A stretch of 64,000 nucleotides of DNA from Dehalococcoidia bacterium (GTDB lineage Bacteria; Chloroflexota; Dehalococcoidia; Lucifugimonadales; JADFKI01), in contig DAOUKP010000023.1 of the NCBI GenBank assembly GCA_034421195.1, positions 5,710 through 69,709 of the forward strand. The letters run 5' to 3'. The notes beneath the pieces were generated by a model. It ran no database searches, was not told where the DNA came from, and was given only the letters and a program-made list of their open reading frames with translations. Position numbers and translations under genes: made by a program. This document shows positions 43,413 to 53,321 of this stretch, piece after piece (the stretch's first letter is position 1; each line of letters begins with the position of its first letter).

Positions 43413-46400
43413 TTGAGCTTCATAACCCGACTCGCGCTTCGAAGACGCCCTGTTACCGTTCTCGTCATGATAATGCTCTTTGGACTGGGCATTTATTCAT
43501 ACATCAATCTCCAGCGCGAACTCTTCCCGGAAATCGCATTCCCCAACGTAGCCGTCAACGCTTTCACCGCGAACTCGGATCCTGAAACGCTGATGCGCGA
43601 CGTTACCCAGCCTCTGGAAGAAGCGATTTCAGGCATCAGCGGTCTCCGGGAAGTCAGCTCCATCTCCACTGGCAGCCGTGTGAACTTGCTTGCGACCTTC
43701 GATTTCGACACAGACATGGCGGATGCAGAGCGGGAGATTGAAAGCGCGGTGAGCGGGACGGACCTGCCGGACGATGTTGTCATTCTGGTAAGCCGCATCA
43801 CCGCCGACGCGTTCCCTGTCATACAGTTCACCGTATCCGGCGACGAGGACATTCCGGGGCTGCAACGACTTGTGAGCGATGTCATCGAACCACGCCTCAA
43901 CCGCATTGAAGGCGTGGGCACGATATACACGCTTGGTGAAATCGAGGAAAAGGTCATCGTCTCTGTTGACGCCGACAAGCTCGACGACCTTCGCCTGTCT
44001 TCGGTGCAAGTTGCGGACTCGATAACGCAGAACAACATCAGCGTGCCTGCGGGCAACATCAACACGCGCGGCACCGGCTACCCGGTACGCACAGCGAACC
44101 AGATCGGCTCCCTCCAAGACATCCGTGAACTTACGGTGGGATTCGAGCAGACGGATGTTGGCGTTCCGCAGGGGCCACAAGGCCCGCAGAGCGGCAAGCG
44201 CGCCATCAAGGTTGCCGATGTCGCCGATGTGGAGCTGACCACCGCCGACCCGCAGCGAATCTCGCGCGCCAACGGCAAGCCCGGCCTCATTCTCGCGGTA
44301 GTAAAGGACCCGGACTCCAATACTGCGGACGTTACGGAGGCGGTGAGCGCGGAAATTAACGAAATGATCGAAGGTGGCGTAATCCCGCCCCATGTCAATG
44401 TGCTTGAACTCTCGAACAATGGCCCACAGGTCCGCGAGTCGTTGCAGAGCCTGCTGCGCGAGGGCACCATCGGCTTTCTGTTCGCGGTTGCAACGGTCTT
44501 CATCTTCCTGCTGAACATCCGGCCATCGCTGATGCGCGGCATAACCCTTTCGCTGCGCCCGACCGCCATCATCGCAATCTCCATACCACTGAGCCTTCTC
44601 ACGGGCGTCCTGCTCCTGTCCGTGACCACAGATATTTCGCTTAACTTCATGTCCCTCGCCGGTCTCGCAATTGCAGTCGGGCGCGTGGTGGACGACAGCA
44701 TCGTCGTGCTGGAGAACATATACCGCCACATCTACCTTGGCGAGGGCCGCTTCGAGGCAGCAATCAACGGCACTCAGGAAGTTGGGGCGGCTATCATCTC
44801 CTCCACGCTCACTACCGTCGTCATCTTCATTCCCCTGGCGTTCATATCGGGCGTTGTCGGCCAGTTCTTCAGCCCGTTCGCCATTTCCGTCAGCTTAGCG
44901 CTGCTGGCATCCACCGCGGTGGCGATAACTATCGTGCCGGTGCTGGCGGCGAGTCTGCTCCGCCGCGGCGACTTCGACGACGACCAGGTTTCAGGCACTG
45001 GACCCGCGGACCGTCAGTCCATGATCCAGCGCATCTATTCTCCGATGCTGCTGTGGGCGATTCGCTACAAGTTCCTGACGGTCGCTATCGCGATTATCGT
45101 CACCGTAGCCAGCTTGGGACTAATCACAGTCATACCCATCACTTTCTTCCCGGAAACGACTCCCGAATACCTGACTATCAATATTGAACTTCCAGTCGGC
45201 ACGTCTGTCGAGAGCACCTACCAGGAAGCGCTCGCTGTGGAAGATGCTCTTATCCCCTATGTCGAGAGAGGCTGGATTACCCTCTACCAGACCACAGTCG
45301 GAGGCAGAGCCGAAGAGTTCGACAGCGGCGCCGCGGGCGGCTTCCACTTAGCGGGAGCATTCGTCAAGCTATCCGAGGATGTACCGGAGGACATAGAGCA
45401 ACAGGTGCGCGACTCCCTGCCCGATCGTGGCGAGGACGTCACCATAACGGTGTCAGGCATCAGCGCGGGGCCTGCCCAGGGGGACATGGATGTCAGGATT
45501 GCGGGGCCGGACTTCAACGAAATCTCCGATGTATCACGCAGGCTTGTGGAACGCCTAAGCGCGATAGACGGCGTAGTCAATGTGAGCAGCACCGCTTCAG
45601 AAGGCAAGGATGAAGTGGTCATCAGCGTTGATCCCACAAAGGCCGGCGAGTATTCCCTTACCGCGACCACGGTGGGAATACAGGTGAACCAGTTTATCGC
45701 GGGCAGGGACATTTCAGAGATAGACATCTCAGGCAAGACGGTGGATATCGTCATTCGCGGCGACCGCGACGATGTTGACGACATCGAGAAGCTAAAGAAT
45801 ATGCGGATTGAAAGCCCTGTTGGACCTGTGAAGCTCGGTATGATTGCCGACATAGGAATCAGGAAAGCGCCCCTGAGCATCTTCCGCTACGACAGCGAAC
45901 GCTCCGCCAGAATCACCGGCAATATCGTAGCTGAGGACACCCGCGCGGTCGGCGTGCTGGTCCAGCAGGCAATCGACAATCTGGAAGACGTGCCGCCCGG
46001 AGTTTCCATCACAAGCGGAGGCATCTTCGAGCAGATCAACGAGGGCTTCCAGGACGTCTTCGTGGCTATGGCTGTCGGCGTCGTGCTGGTGTATCTCGTG
46101 ATGGTAGCGAGTTTGGGCGCACTGCGGACACCGTTCATCATCGTGCTCAGCCTGCCACTTGCGGTAGTGGGTGCCCTTCTGGCGCTACTCATAACCGACC
46201 GCACGCTCAGCCTCTCCGCCATGATGGGCTTTCTCCTTCTCGTCGGAATCGTCGTAACCAACGCCATCGTGCTGCTCACATTCGTCGAGCAGCTGCGCGA
46301 GCGCGGCTACGATGTCTATGACGCGCTGGTAGAGGGCGGGCGCGTGCGGCTGCGTCCCATTCTTATGACCGCGTTCACCACTACATTTGCCCTACTGCCA

Positions 46401-46607
46401 CTCGCAGCGAGTGGGACGGACACAGGCATCATAGGCGCGGAGCTGGCGACGGTCGTCATCGGCGGGCTGGTAAGCTCGACATTCCTGACGCTCATCGTCG
46501 TGCCCGCCGTGTACTGGATATTCAATGTGTCGATTCCCAGCGCCTACGCCTCCATCAGCAAGCTAATCAGTCGCAATCCAAGCGCTGGATCAGCGGCGGC
46601 TGATTAG
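43413..46607 (+). CDS. RND-superfamily efflux transporter permease (AcrB/HAE-like), no adjacent adaptor or outer-membrane component
   Basis: 1064 aa, TTG start after AGGAG. Two 6-TM bundles with large loops. AIAVGRVVDDSIVVLENI and LLLVGIVVTNAIVL blocks. Confidence 0.85.
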   Translation: MSFITRLALRRRPVTVLVMIMLFGLGIYSYINLQRELFPEIAFPNVAVNAFTANSDPETLMRDVTQPLEEAISGISGLREVSSISTGSRVNLLATFDFDTDMADAEREIESAVSGTDLPDDVVILVSRITADAFPVIQFTVSGDEDIPGLQRLVSDVIEPRLNRIEGVGTIYTLGEIEEKVIVSVDADKLDDLRLSSVQVADSITQNNISVPAGNINTRGTGYPVRTANQIGSLQDIRELTVGFEQTDVGVPQGPQGPQSGKRAIKVADVADVELTTADPQRISRANGKPGLILAVVKDPDSNTADVTEAVSAEINEMIEGGVIPPHVNVLELSNNGPQVRESLQSLLREGTIGFLFAVATVFIFLLNIRPSLMRGITLSLRPTAIIAISIPLSLLTGVLLLSVTTDISLNFMSLAGLAIAVGRVVDDSIVVLENIYRHIYLGEGRFEAAINGTQEVGAAIISSTLTTVVIFIPLAFISGVVGQFFSPFAISVSLALLASTAVAITIVPVLAASLLRRGDFDDDQVSGTGPADRQSMIQRIYSPMLLWAIRYKFLTVAIAIIVTVASLGLITVIPITFFPETTPEYLTINIELPVGTSVESTYQEALAVEDALIPYVERGWITLYQTTVGGRAEEFDSGAAGGFHLAGAFVKLSEDVPEDIEQQVRDSLPDRGEDVTITVSGISAGPAQGDMDVRIAGPDFNEISDVSRRLVERLSAIDGVVNVSSTASEGKDEVVISVDPTKAGEYSLTATTVGIQVNQFIAGRDISEIDISGKTVDIVIRGDRDDVDDIEKLKNMRIESPVGPVKLGMIADIGIRKAPLSIFRYDSERSARITGNIVAEDTRAVGVLVQQAIDNLEDVPPGVSITSGGIFEQINEGFQDVFVAMAVGVVLVYLVMVASLGALRTPFIIVLSLPLAVVGALLALLITDRTLSLSAMMGFLLLVGIVVTNAIVLLTFVEQLRERGYDVYDALVEGGRVRLRPILMTAFTTTFALLPLAASGTDTGIIGAELATVVIGGLVSSTFLTLIVVPAVYWIFNVSIPSAYASISKLISRNPSAGSAAAD

Positions 46608-46627
46608 CGCGTGATAACTCGGATAGC

Positions 46628-47371
46628 GTGGACATGAGCCGAACCGAAAGGGCGAGCATCGAGTTCAACGGCCGGCTCATCGAATACACCATAGTCCGGA
46701 GCGAGCGACGGAAGAAGACCATTGAGATTACGCTCGACCCGGAGCGCGGGGTGCTGGTGCGCTCTCCTGCCCGCACTACGCGCAAGGATATTGCCGAACT
46801 CGTTCAGAAACGCGCGGGCTGGATACTCAACCACGCCACTGAAGATATCCTCGACCCGACACCGCGCCGCTTCACGGACGGCGAGACGCTGCTCTATCTT
46901 GGGGAGCGAGTCCCGATAGTCGCCAGCACTGCGCCAGACGATCGCGTCTCCGTCTCTCTTCAAGACGGCGCATTTCACATCGCTACACCGACCGGCATAT
47001 CTGAAGAACAACGAACCGCCGCCGTCAAAGAAGTAATCGAACGCTGGTATCGGCGGGAGGCGGCGCGACTGCTGCCGGAGATCGTCCTGCGATGGCAAGG
47101 CAAGGTGAGTCGCAAGAAGCCCACGCAGGTTCTGATACGCAGCCAGCGCAAGCGTTGGGGTAGTTGTTCCTCAGACGGAAGCATCCGCTTGAACTGGCGC
47201 ATCTTAATGGCGGAGCCTGCGCTCATCGACTACGTGGTAGTCCACGAACTCGCGCACCTCGCTGTGATGGACCATTCATCGCGCTACTGGCAGAAGGTGG
47301 AGAGCGCTATGCCCGACTACCGGCTGCGGCGTAAGCGCCTCAACGAGGTGGGAGCGCACTTCTGGCTCTAG
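46628..47371 (+). CDS. YgjP-like (DUF45/M48-related) zinc metallopeptidase
   Basis: KRWGSCSSDGSIRLNWRL... and VVHELAHL (HExxH) blocks. Confidence 0.7.
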   Translation: MDMSRTERASIEFNGRLIEYTIVRSERRKKTIEITLDPERGVLVRSPARTTRKDIAELVQKRAGWILNHATEDILDPTPRRFTDGETLLYLGERVPIVASTAPDDRVSVSLQDGAFHIATPTGISEEQRTAAVKEVIERWYRREAARLLPEIVLRWQGKVSRKKPTQVLIRSQRKRWGSCSSDGSIRLNWRILMAEPALIDYVVVHELAHLAVMDHSSRYWQKVESAMPDYRLRRKRLNEVGAHFWL

Positions 47372-47387
47372 TCACTGAGAATCGGGA

Positions 47388-50300
47388 TTACCGGATGTAG
47401 CCGTTTCTGCTGTCCCATTTCTTCGCATCGGAAGACCTGTGCGACGGGTCGCCGTACCCGCCGCCGCCGGATGAGAGCGCAACGATGCGGTCTCCGGGCT
47501 TGACGACCACGCCCGTCTGCTTCGTTCGCAGCACCGTCTCCGCACCGCCTGAGACGATTGAATACCTGTGCGGTAGGCCGGGTTCGCCGCCCAGCACTCC
47601 GAACGGCGGCACTATCGCGCCGTCGCCTGCGGTATTGAGCAGGGCTTCCCCTTCGCCCTCGTAGATTATTTCGCACACTGCACCCAAGCCTCCTCTCCAT
47701 TGACCGTTTCCGGCGGAGCCGGGGCGCAACTCGTGGTTCACAACGAACAGGGGGAAGCGTTCCTCGGTAACTTCGACGCTGTTGGCGCGGATGCCGCCGG
47801 CGACATTGACCTCGCCGACGCAGCTCCAGCCATCGTGACCGAGCGCAGCGCCGCCGCCGCCTCTCGCCATGAAGAAGTGCCACAGGAACGATTCGCCGGT
47901 TCGCGGGTCGGCGCCGGTGATGGCGTATCGCAGGCGTCGGGAGAAGCCGGCGTTCACTGCTTCAGGGACCGCCTGCGCGAGCGCCTTGAAGATTGCCTCG
48001 ACAATCTCTTCGGCACAGTGGTTCGTGCTCATGCATACGGGAGCGGGCGAGTTGGCGTTGACTATCAAGCCTTCGGGCGCGATGACCTTCAGCGGACCCA
48101 TCGAGCCGTCGTTCTTGTGAACATCATACGGCGCTAAGTACATTATGGCAGCGTGAGCCAGCGACCTCGTGTTGGCATAGGCGCTGTTGATGAAGCCGGT
48201 AACCTGCTCAGCTGACTCGCTCAGGTCTATCGTCATCGTGTCGCCTGCTATCGTAACTCTTGCCCTGATGGGAATCAGCTCTGAGTCGAAGCCGTCGTCA
48301 TCCACGAGTGATTCGCCGAAGTATTCCCCGTCGGGCCAGTCAGAAATGAAACTTCTGACCTGCGCTTCAGTCGCGTCAAGTATGCCGTCCACGATGCGAG
48401 TCAGCCGCTCTGAGCCGTAGTGCTCGACAAGCTCGCGGATGCGCCGCTCTGCGGTGAGGATGGAGCCAATCTGCGCGTTAAGGTCACCGAGGAAGTTTTT
48501 CGGATACCTGACATTCGCCGCCATCATCTGAAGCAGGTCGTCGCGGGGAGCATCGCCGTCGTAGATTCTCAGGGGTGGAATCCGCAAGCCCTCGTGGAAT
48601 ATCTCGCTCGCGGAGGGATTGTAGCCGCCGTGAGTGCCACCGCCGACATCGGTGTGATGCGCCCTGTTCACCGTCATAAAGGCGAGCTTGCCATCCACGA
48701 AGACCGGGCGAATCGCGGTGATGTCCGGCAGGTGTGAGCCGCCGAAGTACGGGTCGTTCAGGAGGAAGACATCTCCCGGCGCGATGCTGTCACCGAAGTA
48801 GTCGAGCACGGCGCGACCCGCGACCGGAAGCGCGCTGACATGCACAGGTATGCCCTCGCCCTGCGCGACCAGCCTGCACTGACTGTCCAGAATCGCGGTT
48901 GAGAAGTCTCTGCTGGCATTGAGAATCTGAGAGAGTGCGGTGCGGAGCATGACGTCCATCATTTCGATGGCTATGGACTCCAGACGATTCCCCACTACTG
49001 AGAGCGTAACGGCGTCCCTCTCCTCTTCCCCGACCGCGGCATCGCCAGCAGCTTGCGTGGCTGCCTCGACGTCAATATGCAGAATGCCGCTGCTGTCGAA
49101 GCTGGCGGAGCATCCTTCGCCGATGACAACGGTGTTGTAGTCGGTGTTAATGACAGTAGGGCCGGTGGTGATTTCGGACGGGGCTGCTTCGCTCCCGTTC
49201 GTGCTATACGCCGTATCGGTGATGTCGCCTTCAACCGGCAGCTGCCCTACCGCGCTTGCCCTGAGCGTTACGATTCTGATGTCCTGCTCCTGCTGGCGGT
49301 AGGCGTAGAGCTGCTCGAAGCGCTCATGCATGTTCTCTGCCCAGCGCGCTCGCAGGTCGTCATCGGACAGGTTGAGGTCGGGGACATTCACCGTTACCTC
49401 GTATATCTGGTCAAGGTAGCGCATGTCGGCGGAGAGATGGACGCTGATGTCGGAGTCGGCAGCGCCCGCATCGCGGATGCGCTCTTTGCCGTCCTCAGTC
49501 AGGGTTGCGAAGGCAGAACGCAAGTCGTCGAGGTCAACAGTGCTGAGGCTAGACGGATGGGACAGCGCGAGGTCATGCTTCAGGTCGGACGCCATCATGC
49601 CGAATGCGGAGAGGACGGGCCCGGCCGGCGGTATCAGGACGCGCTCAATGCCGATTTCTCGCGCTACTCTCGTCGCGACTAGACCTGCCGCGCCGCCAAA
49701 GCCCATCAGCGCGAACTCGCGGGGGTCGAGTCCGCGGCTTACAGACGCCAGCCGGATGCCTTCGGCTATGGAACTGGAGACGACACGCAGAATGCCTTCC
49801 GCCGCTTCCTCGACGGTCAGACCAAGTGGCTCGGCAACTGCCGTGCGGATTGCCTCAGCTGCGAGGTCGATGTCCAGTTCAACCGCGCCGCCGAGGAACT
49901 TTTCGATGTCAAGCAAGCCTAGAACCAGCGCGGCATCGGTAACGGTGGGCTGCGTGCCTCCTCGTCCGTAGCACGCAGGGCCTGGGTCTGCGCCCGCGCT
50001 CGTGGGACCTACTCGCAGCACGCCGCCTTCGTCCACGCGGGCGATGCTGCCACCGCCCGCGCCCAGCGTGTGTATGTCAACTGTGGGTACGGCTATCTTC
50101 CATCCGGACTCGAACTTCTCGCCTGTGATGTGCGGGCTGCCATTCTCGATAAGAGTGATGTCGGTGCTTGTGCCGCCCATGTCGAGGGCGATGACGCGCT
50201 CTTCCCCAAGCTGGCGGGCGACATGCGCCGCTCCGGCTGCGCCGCCGGCGGGCCCGGACAGTATGGATCTGACGGCTTGCTCGGAGCTGTCCTTGACGGT

Positions 50301-51047
50301 CGCTATGCCGCCGTTGGACTGAATGACGAACAGGGGCGCGGAACCTCCAACCTGCGATATGCGGGTCTCCAACCGTTCAAGGTAGTTCGACAGAGATGGG
50401 CCCACATAGGCGTTGAGGGAGGTGGTGGAGAGGCGGTCGAATTCCTTTATCTGTGGCAGTATGACGTGCGATGAGGAAACATAAGCGTCCGGCAGCATCT
50501 CTCGAACAACTCTCTCCGCTTCCGCCTCATGTTCAGAATTGAGGAACGAGAACAGGAAGCAGATTGCCACCGAGTCAACGCCCTCGGACTTCAGGTACTC
50601 GATCTGCCGCTTCAGCCCGTCTATGTCCAGCTCACGCCTGACGCTACCGCTGGCATCAATTCGCTCCGCAACGCCGACACGCAGGTATCGCGGCGCGAGC
50701 GGCTCAACCTGGTCCATCCGCAGGTTGTACCTGTCTTCCTTGAGACCTTCACGGATTTCCAGCAGGTCTCGAAATCCCTCAGTGGTGATTAGCCCGACAG
50801 TCGCGCCCTTCCTCTCGACGAGAGTATTGGTGGCGACTGTGGTGCCGTGTATGACGACCTGCGCTTGTTCCAGCAACTCGCGGGCGTCTAAGCCCATCGC
50901 GGATGCAAGTCCGGCTATGCCATCGAGCACGCCGTCCGAGGGGTCGGCAGGCGTGGTGGGCGTCTTGAACGCCACCGGCGACGAATCTCCTTCATTCATC
51001 GCAACGAGGTCAGTAAAGGTGCCGCCGACGTCAATGCCGATTCTCAA
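47388..51047 (-). CDS. fused hydantoinase A/B - 5-oxoprolinase family protein (HyuA-HyuB fusion)
   Basis: 1219 aa. MRIGIDVGGTFTDLV N-terminus (HyuA). C-terminal half with ...DPYFGGSHLPDIT... and GGGGYGDP (HyuB). Confidence 0.85.
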   Translation of the reverse strand: MRIGIDVGGTFTDLVAMNEGDSSPVAFKTPTTPADPSDGVLDGIAGLASAMGLDARELLEQAQVVIHGTTVATNTLVERKGATVGLITTEGFRDLLEIREGLKEDRYNLRMDQVEPLAPRYLRVGVAERIDASGSVRRELDIDGLKRQIEYLKSEGVDSVAICFLFSFLNSEHEAEAERVVREMLPDAYVSSSHVILPQIKEFDRLSTTSLNAYVGPSLSNYLERLETRISQVGGSAPLFVIQSNGGIATVKDSSEQAVRSILSGPAGGAAGAAHVARQLGEERVIALDMGGTSTDITLIENGSPHITGEKFESGWKIAVPTVDIHTLGAGGGSIARVDEGGVLRVGPTSAGADPGPACYGRGGTQPTVTDAALVLGLLDIEKFLGGAVELDIDLAAEAIRTAVAEPLGLTVEEAAEGILRVVSSSIAEGIRLASVSRGLDPREFALMGFGGAAGLVATRVAREIGIERVLIPPAGPVLSAFGMMASDLKHDLALSHPSSLSTVDLDDLRSAFATLTEDGKERIRDAGAADSDISVHLSADMRYLDQIYEVTVNVPDLNLSDDDLRARWAENMHERFEQLYAYRQQEQDIRIVTLRASAVGQLPVEGDITDTAYSTNGSEAAPSEITTGPTVINTDYNTVVIGEGCSASFDSSGILHIDVEAATQAAGDAAVGEEERDAVTLSVVGNRLESIAIEMMDVMLRTALSQILNASRDFSTAILDSQCRLVAQGEGIPVHVSALPVAGRAVLDYFGDSIAPGDVFLLNDPYFGGSHLPDITAIRPVFVDGKLAFMTVNRAHHTDVGGGTHGGYNPSASEIFHEGLRIPPLRIYDGDAPRDDLLQMMAANVRYPKNFLGDLNAQIGSILTAERRIRELVEHYGSERLTRIVDGILDATEAQVRSFISDWPDGEYFGESLVDDDGFDSELIPIRARVTIAGDTMTIDLSESAEQVTGFINSAYANTRSLAHAAIMYLAPYDVHKNDGSMGPLKVIAPEGLIVNANSPAPVCMSTNHCAEEIVEAIFKALAQAVPEAVNAGFSRRLRYAITGADPRTGESFLWHFFMARGGGGAALGHDGWSCVGEVNVAGGIRANSVEVTEERFPLFVVNHELRPGSAGNGQWRGGLGAVCEIIYEGEGEALLNTAGDGAIVPPFGVLGGEPGLPHRYSIVSGGAETVLRTKQTGVVVKPGDRIVALSSGGGGYGDPSHRSSDAKKWDSRNGYIR

Positions 51048-51191
51048 TGGATAGGTCCTTTCCGGTTTTGCCTTGAGGAATGTTCGTTGTCGAAACCTGA
51101 TGCGAGCCGCACGGTATTACGGCGGTCTCTGCTGAGTGGTAGGACGTAGCCGGGCTGCCGGTCGCGCAACCTCGTCGCTGCGAAGATTCGG

Positions 51192-51935
51192 CTAGGGCTG
51201 ATGCGAGTTCAGAAAGGCGCGCACCTGCTCTATCGCTTGTGCTTTCGTATCCTCATCTTCTTTCCATGGATACGCGGTTACTTCCGCTTTGGGCGCAAGG
51301 TCCACCATTGCCATTGCCGCCTCCAATGAGTGCGAAGGGGTGTCGTCCGGCATGACGAGCAGCGGCGTCTGGCACGAGCGCGCAAAGTCGCGGGATACGC
51401 AGTACATGAAGTCGGGCTGTATGCGATAGAGGTTGTGCAGGTATTGATCGACGATTTCCATCGTTACGTCCGGGCGATTGGCGCACAACTCCGGGCCCCA
51501 GAGGTCGTGGCCGGAGTCGTACATGGAATCCGGGGTTGCGCTGGCGTGGCCGACCGGCTGGCAGAGCACTGCCGCGGCGACTCGCTCCGGAGCGCGCTCG
51601 ATGAGCTTCATAGCAAAGGGGCCGCCGATGCAGTAGCCCATGAAAAAGAACTTATCTATGCCGAGGTGATCCATCAACCCAAGCTGGTCGTCGGCGAATG
51701 CTCCCCACGGGTCATCGACCTGCACGGGACCGGTGGACTCGCCGCCATTCGCGTTGCGCTGGTCCATCGTAATGCATCGGAAGTCGTCCTTGAACACCTC
51801 CATCGCATTGAAGACTTGATTGGGCCAGCCGCTGATGACGGAATTCAAGCCGCCGCCGGGCGTTACAAGAAGCGGGAATCCTGACCCGACTTCTTCGTAG
51901 TGGATACGGACATCACCTTTGGTGTAGAACGGCAT
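51192..51935 (-). CDS. alpha/beta-hydrolase-fold protein with Cys in the nucleophile elbow (G-Y-C-I-G-G)
   Basis: ORF track 51192..51956. Start moved to ATG 51933-51935 after AAGGAG. FFMGYCIGG replaces the usual G-x-S-x-G (Cys codon at 51630-51632). Confidence 0.7.
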   Translation of the reverse strand: MPFYTKGDVRIHYEEVGSGFPLLVTPGGGLNSVISGWPNQVFNAMEVFKDDFRCITMDQRNANGGESTGPVQVDDPWGAFADDQLGLMDHLGIDKFFFMGYCIGGPFAMKLIERAPERVAAAVLCQPVGHASATPDSMYDSGHDLWGPELCANRPDVTMEIVDQYLHNLYRIQPDFMYCVSRDFARSCQTPLLVMPDDTPSHSLEAAMAMVDLAPKAEVTAYPWKEDEDTKAQAIEQVRAFLNSHQP

Positions 51936-52022
51936 TGTAGATTCTCCTTTTTTCAATAGGTCTAAGTCTCAGGCAATTGTAGTCTTGCGGCGCGGGCTGT
52001 CAAGGGAGAGGTTGCCGCAAGG

Positions 52023-52442
52023 TCAGAATGCCACGCACGCCGAATCTGTAACCCGCAGCACGGATTCCTGGCTGAAGAGCCGCTTGTACTCTTCGGTAAT
52101 CTCGTCCAGATTCCGAGTCGTATCGGAATCCGGCACAGCCAAAATCAGCACCATCTTGGAACGCTCGCGCACGATTTCCCCCTGGGAATTACGCCACTGT
52201 CCCGCCGCATCGAAGACCGACAGCCCATCGGGGAAGCGCGGCGTAACGGTGTCCGCAAGGAACGCTCGCCAGTCGTCATCGCTCACGCCCTCGGCATCAC
52301 CGATGTTCCGGCCGAAGAAAATGCTGTATTCGTCGAAGCGTTCGCTTCCCTCGGGGCATGGCACTTCGGGATTGGAAGGCGCGCATGCGACCAATGCCAG
52401 CAAAACGAGCACAGAAACAACCGCTATCAAAAGATGTTTCAT
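52023..52442 (-). CDS. DUF3574-like lipoprotein
   Basis: ORF track 52023..52610. Start moved to ATG 52440-52442 (MKHLLIAVVSVLVLLALVACA lipobox). FDEYSIFFGRN...VSDDDWRAFL pattern. Confidence 0.55.
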   Translation of the reverse strand: MKHLLIAVVSVLVLLALVACAPSNPEVPCPEGSERFDEYSIFFGRNIGDAEGVSDDDWRAFLADTVTPRFPDGLSVFDAAGQWRNSQGEIVRERSKMVLILAVPDSDTTRNLDEITEEYKRLFSQESVLRVTDSACVAF

Positions 52443-52494
52443 CTTGAATGTCTCGCTCTCTGCACATCCCACTGCGACGCGGGCGCCGTCCAAG

Positions 52495-53283
52495 CTACAC
52501 TGCCGTAGTGAATACCGACACCCAGCACGGGTAAAATCCCGCGGACTGAGCAGTGCGCCGAGACGCGATGTTGTTGATGCTCGAACCGTAGTATGGCACT
52601 CTGCCCGCATCCAGCACGCCGCGAGCGACCTGTGAGGTCAGCGCGACACCCAAGCCCCTCGCTCTATGGTCCGAATGTACGTCTATACCTACTTGCCACA
52701 AGGTGTCAGAGTCCGTACTCGCGGAAGCCACGCCGACCACATCGCCCTCGTGCAGCGCAACTGCGGCAACGGCATCACGCCTACCCTGTTTGGCACGCCT
52801 TGGCGCTACTGCGTTCGGCCAGTCCGCAGGCTCCAGTCCCGACAGCAATTCCGCGCCACCAACCTCAATAACGTAGCCGTCGGGCGCACTTCGATTCACC
52901 CAGTCCTGCTCCGAAGTTACATTGTATGCGTAGGGTCCGTTTAGCCGCAGCCCACAGGCATCCACGCGCCGTGACGCCTCACTGAGAACGCCGAGGCTGA
53001 AAGCCTCATCTCCATCACTTACATCCTTGAACAAATCGGACGCCCACGGCATCCACTTCCGAGTAGCGGCAACCACTACTCCCTCGCCCATACTCGCAAC
53101 TGTCAGGGTGTGCTCAAGGACGGGAAAGCGCCTTGCGAGTGGATTCGCAGTGCGTTCCGGCGTCATCTCGAAGATATGCACACCTTGACTGCGAAAGTCC
53201 GATGGAGCGCAGCGCGCCTCAGCCGCGAGCGCAGCAGCGACCGATTCGGCAGCGTACTCTCTGGTAACGGACAAGACGGACAA
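52495..53283 (-). CDS. GNAT-family N-acetyltransferase (C-terminal acetyltransferase domain)
   Basis: TTG start preceded by GGGAGGA supplied by the repeat motif. ...VGIDVHSDHRARGLGVALTSQ...A..SAGF motif A/B pattern. Confidence 0.6.
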   Translation of the reverse strand: MSVLSVTREYAAESVAAALAAEARCAPSDFRSQGVHIFEMTPERTANPLARRFPVLEHTLTVASMGEGVVVAATRKWMPWASDLFKDVSDGDEAFSLGVLSEASRRVDACGLRLNGPYAYNVTSEQDWVNRSAPDGYVIEVGGAELLSGLEPADWPNAVAPRRAKQGRRDAVAAVALHEGDVVGVASASTDSDTLWQVGIDVHSDHRARGLGVALTSQVARGVLDAGRVPYYGSSINNIASRRTAQSAGFYPCWVSVFTTAV

Positions 53284-53309
53284 AAAATCCTCCCTATCCT
53301 GTTAGCCCC
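53282..53309 (-). repeat. purine-rich motif (minus strand GGGGCTAACAGGATAGGGAGGATTTTTT) between the methyltransferase and GNAT genes
   Basis: Direct reading. Its GGGAGGA serves as the apparent Shine-Dalgarno for the TTG start at 53283. Confidence 0.75.
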
Positions 53310-53321
53310 GCGACAACAGTG

